NCBI GenBank assembly: GCA_026770705.1
Contig: JANJGN010000024.1
Span: 14,818,001 to 14,882,000, forward strand
Length of the DNA: 64,000 nucleotides
Direction: 5' to 3'
Origin: Isurus oxyrinchus
Lineage: Eukaryota
A program made the position numbers and the translations under genes. This document shows positions 49,739 to 61,973 of the stretch, piece by piece. How positions within the stretch are numbered: the first letter of the stretch is position 1; each line of letters starts with the position of its first letter. The notes beneath the pieces were generated by a model. The model saw only the letters and a program-made list of their open reading frames with translations. It did no database searches and was not told where the DNA came from.

Positions 49739-51431
49739 CTTTTCTTAATTCAGTTCTCCTGATGGGAATTGGTAAGTTAAATTACACTTTCTCATGTTAA
49801 TGCTAGGGAGGGAGATTTTGGTAACTCATAGAAATTTATAAGTGATCACCTTTCCAATTAGGGCTGATACCTTCCATCAAATCTATCTGTGTTTGGTCAG
49901 GATTGGGTTGACTTCTGCAGGAAGTAGTCCAGTCTGTGCTTCTCCCATTTTCCAAGGAGCTTCTTGGATGAGCCCCTGATTATCTTACCTCCTCCTCCTT
50001 TCATCAGCTCCGAATTGAACAAACTTTCCTTTGGTTCTGCTCTCGCAGAAGTATGGAATTATTTCTCAGATTAGTACTGATTTAAAAAATAAATTGCTGG
50101 AAGTACTCAGGTCAGGCGGCATCTGTGGCGAGAGAAACAGAGTTAATGTTTTAGGTTGAAGGCCATTCATTAGTACTGACTCATGAAACTAAAATCAGGA
50201 TTTCCTTGCACAAGCAGATGTTATGACCTGAAGTGCTGTGGTTGAAGGGGAGTTGGAAGCAGATTAAATAGCAACTTTCAAAAGGGAATTAGATCTGTAC
50301 ATAGAAAGAGAACAATTTGCAGGGTTATGGGGATTAAACAGCGATTAATTAGATAAGTCTTCGAAAGAGTCTATCTAGGCAGGATGGGCCAATGACCTCC
50401 TATGTTGCATGACTGTAACTGGTAACATTGCATTTTGGAGAACTGGTTGCAGTGTCATTGACAGAGGCCTGAGAGTAGGTTGACTGTCAGCTCCCTCAAC
50501 AAGGACATGGAGCAACAACAGTGATGGGAATATTGCAGATTCTCTCGGTTTTTAAACTGCATTTCCTTGGTCATAAAAAGAAATCAACGGCAGCAAAGAG
50601 CGAAAGTCAATGGAGATGAAGCTGCCACAAGTATTGGTGCAATTGGCTTGTTTGAAGGATGTTTCAACTAGGTGTTCTTTTGATACACCAGAGAATTGAG
50701 GCTGGCATAAGTAGAGATATCTGCAGGTTTGTTGCGTGTGACAGAAACGGTGCAAGTACTGTAGAACTGAATTTTCAGATAAATCATACAGTGTGGCGGT
50801 CTTCCTGAATTCTGGGGAAAGGCTGTCACGGGAGGAATGCATTCATGTTTCTCTGTGGATATGGCAATGAATATTGTTGACAAGGTGAATGAGAGATAGT
50901 ATTTGTGTTTGGTGATTTTGAAGAGACGTTTTGGCTTCATGTTGTGTAGCTTCCAGCGTTGAAAGACTGTGTGCCAATCCAATATCCACCTCCCCCCCCC
51001 CCCACCCAAGTCTTTTGGCCTCTTGATGCAAAGGGAACAAAGTTGGCTCTGTGTTCACCTGCAGGTGTGTGCCCTGTGATTTCATCCTGTCTGAAAACGT
51101 CAAGGAATTTGGTCGAGACCAAAGTTTCAAAGGGAAAACAAATTAATTTGTAGAATGCATTCCTCAAAGCACCAGTAACAATCCTGGATTAAAAATGGAA
51201 TGTCACTTATTCACTGACTGTACCAGTGGCCTTGACCATAGCTGTTTTCCAAACGATGGGTAAGGCCATTGTTTTACTCTTCTCACAGGGAAAAAAAATG
51301 AACAGAATCGTGGAGTGTGGTTTCCCCCCCCCCACAAAACATGGGTTTAAAAAGAAAACCTGACTCACATATAATAAAGCAGGATTTAACAATGTCAAAC
51401 AATGGCCTTTAATAGGGTGGGTTCAGATTCT

Positions 51432-51997
51432 AAAATAAAAATACCTGGAAAAACTCAGGGGTTCTGGCAGCATCTGCGGAGAGGAACACAGTTAACGTTT
51501 CGAGTCCGTATGACTCTTCAACAGAACTAAGTAAAAATAGAAAAGAGGTGAAATATAAGCTGGTTTTAGTCGGGGTGGGGGAGGTGGATGGGATGGGACA
51601 GGTAGAGCTGGATAGAGGGCCAGTGATAGGTGGAGACAGCCAAAAGATGTCACAGACAAAAGGACAAAGAGGTGTTGAAGGTGGTGATATTATCTAAGGA
51701 ATGTGCTAATTAAGGGTAGAAAGCAGGACAAGCAAGGTACAGATAGCCCTAGTGGGGGTGGGGTGGAGTGAAGGGATTGAAATATGGTAAAAGGTAGAGA
51801 TAAAACAATGGATGGAAATACATTTAAAAATAATGGAAATAGGTGGGCAAAGAAAAATCTATATAAATTATTGTGGGGGAAAAAGGGGGATTGGAAAGGG
51901 GGTGGGAATGGAGGAGAGAGTTCATGATCTAAAATGAACTCAATATTCAGTCCGGAAGGCTGTAAAGTACCTAGTCAGAAGATGAGCTTTTATCTTA
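51432..51997 (-). mobile_element. PLE 3' fragment with inverted 12-nt tip
   Basis: 3' UTR plus ORF end; GCTTTTATCTTA tip at 51986-51997; TSD GGTTCAGATTCT at 51420-51431 and 51998-52009. Confidence 0.88.
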
Positions 51998-54411
51998 GGT
52001 TCAGATTCTGCCTGGCCATTGGCAATATCCGAGATGTATAGTAATATTTACGAACATACAAATTCGGTGCAGGAGTGGGCCACCTCGGCCCCTCCAGCCT
52101 GCTCCACCATTCAATAAGATTATGGCTGATCTGATAGTCTTACCAAACTTGTGACTATTGCTGCTGCTTTCACTAGCTTCTGGCAACACATTCTGGGAAC
52201 TTTCCACCTAAGCTTTAACTAGACATCACTCTGCTCTGTTTGTTTATATTTATGTCAAAGAAGCAAATTCTGATTTTCTCCAGATGTCTCTGGTTGCTGT
52301 TCTCCACTAGTAAGTTGATTTGCAGGGAATGAATAGACCTCGACACTGAAGAAGCCCAAGAATTGCTTATTTGAAGTGAATTTATTCTGATTAAGGAGGT
52401 TCTCTCCTTAGTGGCTCCCTATCTTTACAACCACGTTTAAGTATGTTGGATAATGAGTTTGTTCCATGCTTCTGTGTGTTTTGAGGACCATTTATCCTCC
52501 ATCTGAAAGGAAGTGGAGCCATTTCCACAGTGATTGGACTCACAGCTGTCACGTAGCACACAATTTATAATCTAATTGTCCTCCTGTACTTCATCTTCCA
52601 GTGCTGGAGAGTTATGTGTCACATTCAGCCTAAATTGTTTCAGTTTAAGCCATGCAGAGGATTGCAATTGGCCTTCTGCCTCATGCTGCTCAGCTCAACA
52701 GTTTCCAATTAATTTTTTTTTAACCGGAATTGGAGGTGTCACTTTTTAGCTCTTTCAAGGCACTTAATATTGGAAGCTGCTTGTTCATGTGCATGAGAAG
52801 ATTTAAAAACACAGTCACTTTACAGGATTTGATGGCAGTGTGCAAGATGGCGCGATGTCATTTAGTGCCCATCGTTCCACCTCCTGCCCAAATAGCACTT
52901 TCTCTCTCACAATGGCACCAGATCCAAAGGTAGTGAATCCTCGCAGAGAGAGTCAGCCTAGGGTGTTCACTCACCTTGCAGGTAGTTTCAGTTGGAGTTG
53001 GTGAGGGGCTGACAGCAGATTACCTTACAGTCCTGGTAGCTGTAAATGAGGTATGGTATGGTGAAGGGAAGTCAAAACCCTTTTTAACTTGAAAAGGTAC
53101 TGGGACCCCCACATCTTCTGCAATTTCTCATTTCTACGTGTTCAGTTTTGGTACGTTTATACTTTCAGTCCAATTCATTTTTGCCTTTTGATCTGAGCAC
53201 GATCTTCCCAAACAATATTCTGACCTGTTGCCATTGTGCCATTCAATCCAATGGAGGGTTGATGAAGGGGTAATAACTCTTCTTGTTATTACAGTGTTGA
53301 GCTGGCATTTTGTCCAGGAATAAATTTTAAGAACAATTCACAATATGCCATTAAAATTTCTTTCTACTCACTACCAATGTAAGTAAGTGGGAAGTGTCCA
53401 ATTGAGCTCCTATGAGGTACTATTGAAAGTGAAAGTATTTGGAGATTAGTCATCCCCATATAGACTTGGGTGTGTAATTTGTTTGCTTATGCAGAATCTC
53501 AGGTAGCGCTAGTGATTGTCTCCACATTACCTATTTAAAATTTGTTGTTAACTTTGTTGTTTGAGGGAGCTTGCTGTGTGAAAATTGGCTGCTGCGTTTC
53601 CCACACTACAATAGTGACCACACTTCGAAAATCCTTCATTGACTGTAAAGCACTTTGGGATGCCCAAAGGTTGTACAGAAACAAGTTCTTTCTTCCACGT
53701 ACATTCTCCTTTGTTACCTACTCAACGTGGCACTGAGTCTTCCCACAGATTTGTTGCTTTTTCGATAAACTTTGCATATAATCCCTTGCTCCTCTTTTGA
53801 AATCAAACTAACGAGTTAGTTCAAGGAAAGGATGAATATCTTGGAAACAAGTCCAACGTAATCCTTCATATTAAACGTTTAGCTGAATATAATGTTCTAT
53901 AAGCCTCAATTATGGTGGACTCAAGTGAAGGATAGAATCTGAAGAACACATTCGAGTGATAGGGTCTTTCAATAAATTGGGGGAAAAATGCCTTAACTTA
54001 TTTCAAATAAAAACAGAAAGTGCCTTTTTTAGAAGAGGTGCTGCCCACCAATCCCCCACCCGCTCCCCAGCCACAACCACATCTTCCTCATGAACCAGAG
54101 TTGTTTTGGCACTGAGAAAGGCCATTTGGCTCATTGAGTCCATGCTGGCTTTCTGTTACTGGTATGTTAATTATATTGTTAGGATAACAGCATTGAGGGC
54201 ATACCCACCACATGGACTGCGGTAGTTCAAGAAAGTAGTTCAAGAAAGCAGCTCACCACCATCTTCTCAAGGGCAATTAGCGATGGGCAATAAATGCTGG
54301 CCTAGCCAGCGACATTCACGTCCCATAAATGAATCAAAATAACAGGAGAAAGGCATTGTTTAATTAAGTACTTTGAGCACCTATGACTTGTGTTGGTCCG
54401 AGTTAAGTGGA

Positions 54412-54724
54412 ATGCCTGACGTGGCGGCTGCAGCGAAGGGTGGTGCGTTCCATAAGGCATCGAAACAGTCACTGATTAAAGTCACCAAGAAGACGTCTAA
54501 GAAGTGGAGAAAATCTCGCAAGCAGAACTATTCCATTTACGTGTACAGGGTGCTGAGCTGGGTCCACCCTTCCACCAGGATCGCACCTCATTCACTACAA
54601 CAAGCGCCGCACCATCTCAGCCAGGGAGATCCAGAGTGCCGTCCGCCTCATGCTGCCAGGGGAACTGGCCAAACACGCCACCTCCGAAGGCACCAAAGCG
54701 GTCACCAAATATACCAACTCCGTT
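54412..54724 (+). pseudogene. H2B: Histone H2B pseudogene (orphon) with internal deletion and frameshift
   Basis: MPDVAAAAKG...[22 protein letters not shown] joined out of frame to [47 protein letters not shown]; central helix missing; no stop or histone stem-loop at the expected place. Confidence 0.9.
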
Positions 54725-54889
54725 TCGGTAGACAATTCTAAAGATTATAAATAGGGGATAGTTGGGACACTGGGTGGAGTGGGAGGAGAGATGCAAGACT
54801 GAACAACCCAGTAAATTCTCCTAATAGAGGAAAACTTTGTGTCTTGTCTTCTACTTCACCAACTAGCTTGGACCCTGTTAACACTCTGT

Positions 54890-55790
54890 AGGGCAGTCTA
54901 GTCAGTCCCATTCCCCCGCCTCTATCCCCGTAGCCTGCAAGTTTATTTCCCTCAAGTACCCATCCAATTTCCTTTTGAAATCATTGATTATGTCCACTTC
55001 CATCACTCTTGTAGACAGAGAATTCCAATTTCCACTTGCTGTGTAAAAACTAAAAAATGTTCTTCTTCACATTTCCGCTGTATCTCTTCCTAAAACCTTA
55101 CATCTGTGTCCCTGAGTCCTTGTATCCTAAGCTAATGGACAGAGGTTTTATTTTGTCTACCTTTATCTAAACCGGTCATGATCTCGTACACCTCTGTCAA
55201 ATCTCCCCTTGACCCCTTTTGCTCCAAGGAGGACAATCCCAGCTTCTCCAGCTTAACCCTGCTGCTAAATTCCCTCGTCCCTGGAACCATTCTGGTAAAT
55301 CTCTTCTGCAGTCTCTCAAGTACTTTCACATCCTTCTTAAAGTGTGGTGACCAGAACTGAACGCAATACTCTAATTGTGGCCTAATCTGAGCTAAATAAA
55401 TGTTCAGTATAACTTCCCATCTTTTATACTCATTGCCTCCTATTTATGAAGCCCAAGATCCCATATATTTTTGTTAAATACTCTCAATATGTCTGTCACT
55501 TTCAAAGATCTTTGCACATGAACCTCCAGGTCCCTCTGTTGTTGCACGCTCTTTAGAACTGTGCCATTAATTATAAATTGCTTCCCTCTATCCCTTCTGC
55601 CAAAACGTATCACCTCATCCATCTCCATTAAATTTCATCTGCCACTTGTCTGCCCATTCTGCTAGTCTGTCCATTGCAGTCAATTGGTATCACCTTCGCT
55701 ATCTGCTGCACCTTCAAGTTTGGTATCGTCAGGAAATTTGGAAACATTACTCTGTGTTCCAGTATCCAAGTGAATTATACATACAGCTAC
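54890..55790 (-). mobile_element. CR1 LINE 3' fragment
   Basis: SKFPDDTKL, LERLQKRFTRMVPG, RGDLTEVYEIM. Confidence 0.88.
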
Positions 55791-56313
55791 AACCACTTGA
55801 GGAGGGCTGAAATAAATCCCCTGTTCTCCCACTCCAGGTTTGATTGTTATAGAGAATTTAGAGAGGATGTGCTTCGCCAATTGTGTAAGAGTCCCACTAT
55901 TTGCATCTTTAGGTTGTAAAGAATTATTCAGACAGATTTTCTTAGGTGAAACAAAGAACAAGGTAAGTTCATTGAAACTATTTCCTGAGCTAAAAAATGC
56001 TGGGTATGTGACCATGCATATGGCTACACATGTTTGTCTGGGCCCTCACACACAGCAGTACAGATGGCAGAGTAAGAGGATAGGCTTATAGGATTTTTAC
56101 AGTTCATGAAAAATAGAACAAAGGAGTATACGGTTAGCAGTTCCGTGGCTGGCCTTGATGCAGCAGCATCATATTATGGCTATTTTGTTCAGCTGTCTTC
56201 CTGGGTGTAATTGTATGGAGCAGAAATTTACATGTGTTTTTTCAAAAAGATTTCGGTTTGCGGTTGGTTTCTCTTCTCAGGATGATTACTTTGCAAACTG
56301 AACACAGCACTTT

Positions 56314-56349
56314 AGAGAGAGCGAGAGAGAAAGAGAGAGAGACAGAGAG
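56314..56349 (+). repeat. Imperfect (GA)n microsatellite
   Basis: AGAGAGAGCGAGAGAGAAAGAGAGAGAGACAGAGAG. Confidence 0.8.
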
Positions 56350-56722
56350 GGCACTCATCTTCAATCAGCCTGTTCAGTAGAGCATTGTCTTTTCTCTCTA
56401 CCTCATGCTACGTGAGATGGTCCTTGAAGTAGCTTGCTGGGTGTGTATTTCAGCAAAATTCTATTGACTCATGTCTGCTGCAGTTATTGTTTCAGAACAG
56501 GTAATTGCATTTTGATGTCACATCTCAGGAACATTTGAAAAGTCTCGGGATGGAGTGAATTGACAGGGGATGGGGTTTTTCACACTCCCCAGGGGGTTGA
56601 GAATTGGTCTTCATCCCACTTGGTGGAATGTGAGATTGTGTGTGTTGCAGCAGTCTGGGCAGTTTTCCCATTGTCTGTATAGGGTCCTAGTTTTTTTAAA
56701 AGTCCAGCCAGGAAAAGAAAAA

Positions 56723-59576
56723 AAAATAAAAACCAGAAACTGTGGATGCTGGAAATCCAAAACAAAAACAGAATTACCTGGAAAAACTCAGCAGGTCTGG
56801 CAGCATCGGCGGAGAAGAACAAAGTTGACGTTTCGAGTCCTCATGACCCTTCAACAGAACTGAGTAAAATTAGGAGAGCGGTGAAATATAAGCTGGTTTA
56901 AGGTTGGGGGTCGGGGGGGTGGTTGGGGGTTGAGGGGAGAGAAGTGGGGGGGGTGGTTGTAGGGACAATCAAGCAGTGATAGGAGTAGATAATCAAAAGA
57001 TGTCACAGACAAAAAAACAAAGAGGTGTTGAAGGTGGTGATATTATCTAAACGATGTGCTAATTAAGAATGGATGGCAGGACACACAAGGTACAGCTCTA
57101 GTGGGGGTGGGGTGAAATAAGACTAACAGGGCATAAAAGGTATAGATTTAAAAATAATGGAAATAGGTGAGAAAAGAAAAATCTATATAAATTATTGGAA
57201 AAAACAAAAGGAAGGGGGAAGAAACGGAAAGGGGGTGGGGATGGGGGAGGGAGTTCAAGATCTAAAGTTGTTGAACTCAATATTCAGACCGGAAGGCTGT
57301 AAAGTGCCTAGTCGGAAGATGAGGTGTTGTTCCTCCAGTTTGCGTTGGGCTTCACTGGAGCAATGCAGCAAGCCAAGGACAGACATGTGGGCAAGAGAGC
57401 AGGGTGGAGTGTTAAATTGGCAAGCAACAGGGAGGTTTGGGTCATTCTTGCAGACAGACCGCAGGTGTTCTGCAAAGCAGTCGCCCAGTTTACGTTTTGT
57501 CTCTCCAATGTAGAGGAGACTGCATTGGGAGCAATGAATGCAGTAGACTTAAGTTGGGGGAAATGCAAGTGAAATGCTGCTTCACTTGAAAGGAGTGTTT
57601 GGGCCCTTGGATGATGAGGAGCGAGGAAGTGAAGGGGTAGGTGTTGCATCTTTTGCGTAGGCATGGGGAATGCATAGGTGGGGGTTGAGGAGTAGGGGGT
57701 GATGGAGGAGTGGACCAGGGTGTCCTGAAGGGAATGATCCCTACGGAATGCCACCAGGGGGGGTGAAGGGAAGATGTGTTTGGTGGTGGCATCATGCTGG
57801 AGTTGGCGGAAATAGCGGAGGATGATCCTTTGAATGCGGAGGCTGGTGGGGTGATAAGTGAGGACAAGGGGGACCCTATCATGTTTCTGGGAGGGAGGAG
57901 AAGGCGTGAGGGCGGATGCGCGGGAGATGGGCCGGACACGGTTGAGGGCCCTGTCAATGACTGTGGGTGGAAAACCTCGGTTAAGGAAGAAGGAGGACAT
58001 GACAGAGGAACTGTTTTTGAAAGTGGCATCGTCAGAACAGATGCGACGGAGGCGAAGGAACTGAGAGAATGGGATGGAGTCTTTGCAGGAAGCGGGGTGT
58101 GAGGAGCTGTAGTCGAGGTAGCTGTGGGAGTCGGTAGGCTTGTAATGGATATTGGTGGACAGTCTATCACTAGAAATTGAGACAGTGAGGTCAAGGAAGG
58201 GAAGGGAAGTGTCAGAGATGGACCATGTGAAAATGATGGAGGGGTGGAGATTGGAAGCAAAATTAATAAATTTCTCCAGGTCCCGACGAGAGCATGAAGC
58301 AGCACCGAAGCAATCATCGATGTACCGGAGAAAGAGTTGTTGGGGGGGCCGGAGTAGGACTGGAACAAGGAATGTTCCACATACCCCATAAAGAGACAGG
58401 CATAGCTGGGCCCATGCGGGTACCCATAGCCACACCTTTTATTTGGAGGAAATGAGAGGAGTTAAAGGAGAAATTGTTCAGTGTGAGAACAAGTTCAGCC
58501 AGACGGAGGAGAGTAGAGGTGGATGGGCATTGTTTGGGCCTCTGTTCGAGGAAGAAGCTAAGGGCCCTCAGACCATCCTGGTGGGGGATGGAGGTGTATA
58601 GGGATTAGACGTCCATGGTGAAGAGGAAGCGGTTGGGGCTGGGGAACTGGAAATTGTTGATGTGACGTAAGGTGTCAGAGGAATCCCGGATGTAGGTGGG
58701 AAGGGACTGGACAAAGGGAGAGAGAAGGGAGTCAAGGCAATGAGAAATGAGTTCCTTGGGGCAGGAGCAAGCTGACACAATCGGTCTACTGGGATAGTCC
58801 TGTTTGTGGATTTTGGGTAGGAGGTAGAAGCAGGCCATCCGAGGTTGGGTCACTATCAGGTTGGACGCTGTGGGAGGAAGATCTCCAGAGGAGATGAGGT
58901 CAATGACAGTCCTGGAAACAATTGCTTGAGGTTCAGTGGTGGGGTCATGGCCCAGGGAGAGGTAGGAGGAAGTGTCTGCGAGTTGACGTTTAGCCTCCGC
59001 GAGGTAGAGGTCAGTGCGCCAGACAACAACAGCACCACCCTTGTCAGCGGGTTTAATGACAATGTCAGGGTTGGACCTGAGAGAACGGAGTGCAGTAAGT
59101 TCAGAGAGAGACAGATTAGAATGGGTGAGAGAGCAGAGAAATTGAGACGACTAATGTCATGCCGACAGTTCTCAATGAAAAGATCAAGAGAAGGTAAGAA
59201 TCCAGAGGGAGAGGTCTAGGTGGAGGGAGAATACTGGAGGTGGGTAAAAGGATCCGTTGAACTGGGAGAGGACTCCTGCCCGAAGAAGTGAGCCCGGAGA
59301 TGAAGACGGCGGAAGAAGAGTTCAGCATCATGCCGAGCCTGAAATTCATTGAGGTGAGGGGGTAGGGGTATGAAACTAAGTCCTTTGCTGAGCACTGAAT
59401 GTTCAGCATTGGAGAGGGGAAGGTCAGGGGGTATAGTGAATACACGGCTGGGGCTGGGATTGGAAGATGGGGTGGGGACAGAGGGACAGGCAGGGGTGGA
59501 GGGTCCTAGATGGGTGTTGGTGTCGATGAGTTGTTGGAGCTTGCGTTCCTTAGCACTTGAGAGAAAGAGAAAAAGT
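56723..59576 (-). mobile_element. Penelope-like element, single 5'-truncated copy with frameshifts
   Basis: Colinear with 45.7-48.55 kb; possible TSD GAAAAGAAAAA at 56712-56722 and 59577-59587. Confidence 0.93.
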
Positions 59577-59792
59577 GAAAAGAAAAATTAGAAATTGTAT
59601 CTTTGAAAAGCACATCCTCATAACAATCTCAAATTACAGCAGCAGTTCCAGCACTGAACTTTGGGGAATGCCACTGTCTACCAGCTACCAGTCTGAAAAA
59701 TAGCCATCTACCATGATTGTTTGTTTTCTGCCCTTAAGCCAACTTTTTCTATCCAACTGATACTGACCCTCCTATTCCATGGGCCTTTATTT

Positions 59793-60180
59793 GGGGCAAC
59801 ATGGTGGTATAGTGATAATGTCACTGGACTAGTAATCCAGAGACCCAGGATAATGCTCAGGGGGCATGGGTTCAAATCCCACTATGGCAGCTGGTGGAAT
59901 TTAAATTCAGTTGATGAATCTGGAATGCAAAGCTAGACTCGGTGATGGTGACCATGAAACTATCATCAATTGTCATAAAAACCCAACTGGTTCACTAATG
60001 CCCTTTAGGGAGGGAAATCTGCCACCCTTACCTGGTCTGGCCTACATGCGACTCCAGACCCACAGCAATGTGGTTGACTCTTAACTGCCCTCTGAAATTG
60101 CCGAGCGAGGCTAGTGCAAGGGCAATTAAAGATGGGCAACAAATACTGGCGTTGCCAGTGATGCTCACATCCCATGAGAG
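59793..60180 (+). mobile_element. tRNA-derived SINE with LINE-derived tail (second copy ~37400-37875, interrupted by the mini-PLE)
   Basis: A box TGGTATAGTG, B box GGTTCAAATCCC, 3' tail shared with the second LINE family. Confidence 0.8.
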
Positions 60181-60532
60181 GATAATAAAAATACTTTTGT
60201 TAATTTCAATTGTCCTACCCTATTCAATAGGAAAATGGTTCAGTGCAATAATTACAAGGCACTCGGAAGTGCTGTGCACAGTTTGCAAAGTAACCATCCT
60301 GAGAAGAGAAGAGAAACAGACCATGAAATAAGTACAAGGCAACCTATAGGCTGTTGGAAACGATAAGCAGTGCAATGATAGGAGAGAGTGAGCATGTGTG
60401 GAATGGTTTATCAACATCACTCGGTGTGACATGTTGTTGAAACACTGACGTGTTTCTTTCTGGTTTTATAGATTGGCAAGCTTCTACCTTTAGTGTTTGT
60501 GACTGGAACAAATTGGAACTAACTTTGTTTTA

Positions 60533-61438
60533 ACTCATTCATGGGATGTAGGTGTCGCCGGCTGGGCCAACATTTGTTGCCCCTGAGAAGGCGGTGGTGA
60601 GCTGCCTTCGTGAACCACTGCAGACCATGTGATGTAGGTACATCCCTAATGCTGTTAGGGAAGGCGTTCTAGGATTTGACCCAGCAACAGTGAAGGAGCG
60701 GCTATATATTTCTAAGTCATGATGATGAGTAGCTTGGAGGGGAATTTGCAGGTAGTGGTGTTCTCATGTTCCCTTGTCCTTCTAGGTGATAGCGGTCATG
60801 GGTTTGGAAGGCGCTGTCTAAGGAGGCTTGGTGAGTTCCTGCAGTGCATTTTGTACACACTGCTGCCCCTGTGTATCAGTAATGGAGAGAGTGAATATTT
60901 GTGGATTGGTGCCAATCAAGCAGGCTGTTTTGTCCTGGATGGTGCCAAGCTTCTTGAGTGTTGTGGGAGCTGCACTCATCCAGGCAAGTGGAGAGTATTC
61001 CATCACACTCATCAGACTTATGCCTTCTAGATTGTGGACACGCTTTAAGGAGTCGGGAGATGAGTTATGCACTGCAGGACTCCTAGCCTCCGACCCGTTC
61101 TCATAGCCACAGTATGTATGTGGCTAGTCCGGTTTAGTTCTGGTCAATGATAACCTCCCCCCCTCTCCCCCAGCATGTTGATAGTATGAGATTTAGAGAT
61201 GGTAATGCCATTGAATGTCAAGGGGCAATGGTTAGATTCTATCTTGTTGGAGATGGTCATTGCCTGGCACTTGTATGACACGAATATTACTTGCCACATG
61301 TCAGCCCACACCTGGATATTGTCCAGGTCTTGCTGCATTTGGACATGGACTGCTTTAGTATCTGCGGAGTTGCAAATGGTGCTGAACATTGTGCAATCAT
61401 CAGCGAACATCCCCACTTCTGACCTTAAGATGGAAGGA
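60533..61438 (-). mobile_element. Second CR1-group LINE family, 3' fragment (also ~9620-9860, 10108-10668, 11335-11748, 44900-45357 on -, 32505-32800 and 54180-54335 on +)
   Basis: MFADDCTMF...MQQDLDNIQVWA, MEYSPLAWMSAAPTTL; shared 3' tail GGGCAATTAGGGATGGGCAATAAATGCTGGCC. Confidence 0.8.
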
Positions 61439-61866
61439 ACTACTGAGTCATCCTTTGCTGCATGTGACCAGAGAATAGCATTAATTGAATGCATTAAATT
61501 CAATTCCCATCACCTAAAGTTCAAATTGTGCTGTTTACTTAGGAGAATATTCTCTTTAGTACACTCTGCCAAAGATCAGACCCACAGCAGAAGCTGTGGC
61601 AAGAGCCTGGTTTCACACATCATCTTTGTTCTGTTTTAAAATTACTGATTATTCACTAAAATATGTTGTCTGTGCTTTTCTTGCACTGAGTTGCTTCCAA
61701 CATTCTGTTTATTTTCCCCTCTCCCCCTCTTTTCCATTCTCTTAACTTGTTCACTATTTTCTTTCTCTGTCCTTTTGTAGTTGCTTTTCATTTCCCTTTC
61801 TGTCATTTTACTTTTATGTTATCATTTCTTAACTTTCCCATTTCCCCATTCATTTTTGCTCTGAAG

Positions 61867-61973
61867 GTTCGAAGGCTCAGTGCCAAACCTCATTGTTGCT
61901 GGCAGTGGAGATCAGGGTGAATTGAGATTAGGAAGAACTGGACCCTGAACAGAACAGAGAATGGAGGTGACAG
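61867..61973 (+). other. Candidate 107-nt exon containing a start codon (MEVT...) of the plus-strand gene
   Basis: About 170-nt polypyrimidine tract, AG at 61865-61866, CAG|GTAAGT donor; all three frames closed before AGAATGG (ATG 61961). Confidence 0.4.

Larger units (their letters stand above)
45688..49742. mobile_element. Penelope-like element, tail-out inverted twin (minus arm 45688-~48755, plus arm ~48753-49742)
   Basis: Exact 14-bp TSD TCTTAATTCAGTTC at 45674-45687 and 49743-49756; the long arm includes the N-terminal region (PADKG) with a 10-bp deletion near 47890. Confidence 0.95.

Noticed and set aside
50440-50960. Coding-like composition suggesting a decayed gene or transposase
   Set aside because: Stops interrupt the frames I translated and I recognise no motif
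60231-60366. Possible plus-strand exon with a short ATG ORF
   Set aside because: No convincing donor and no recognisable protein similarity
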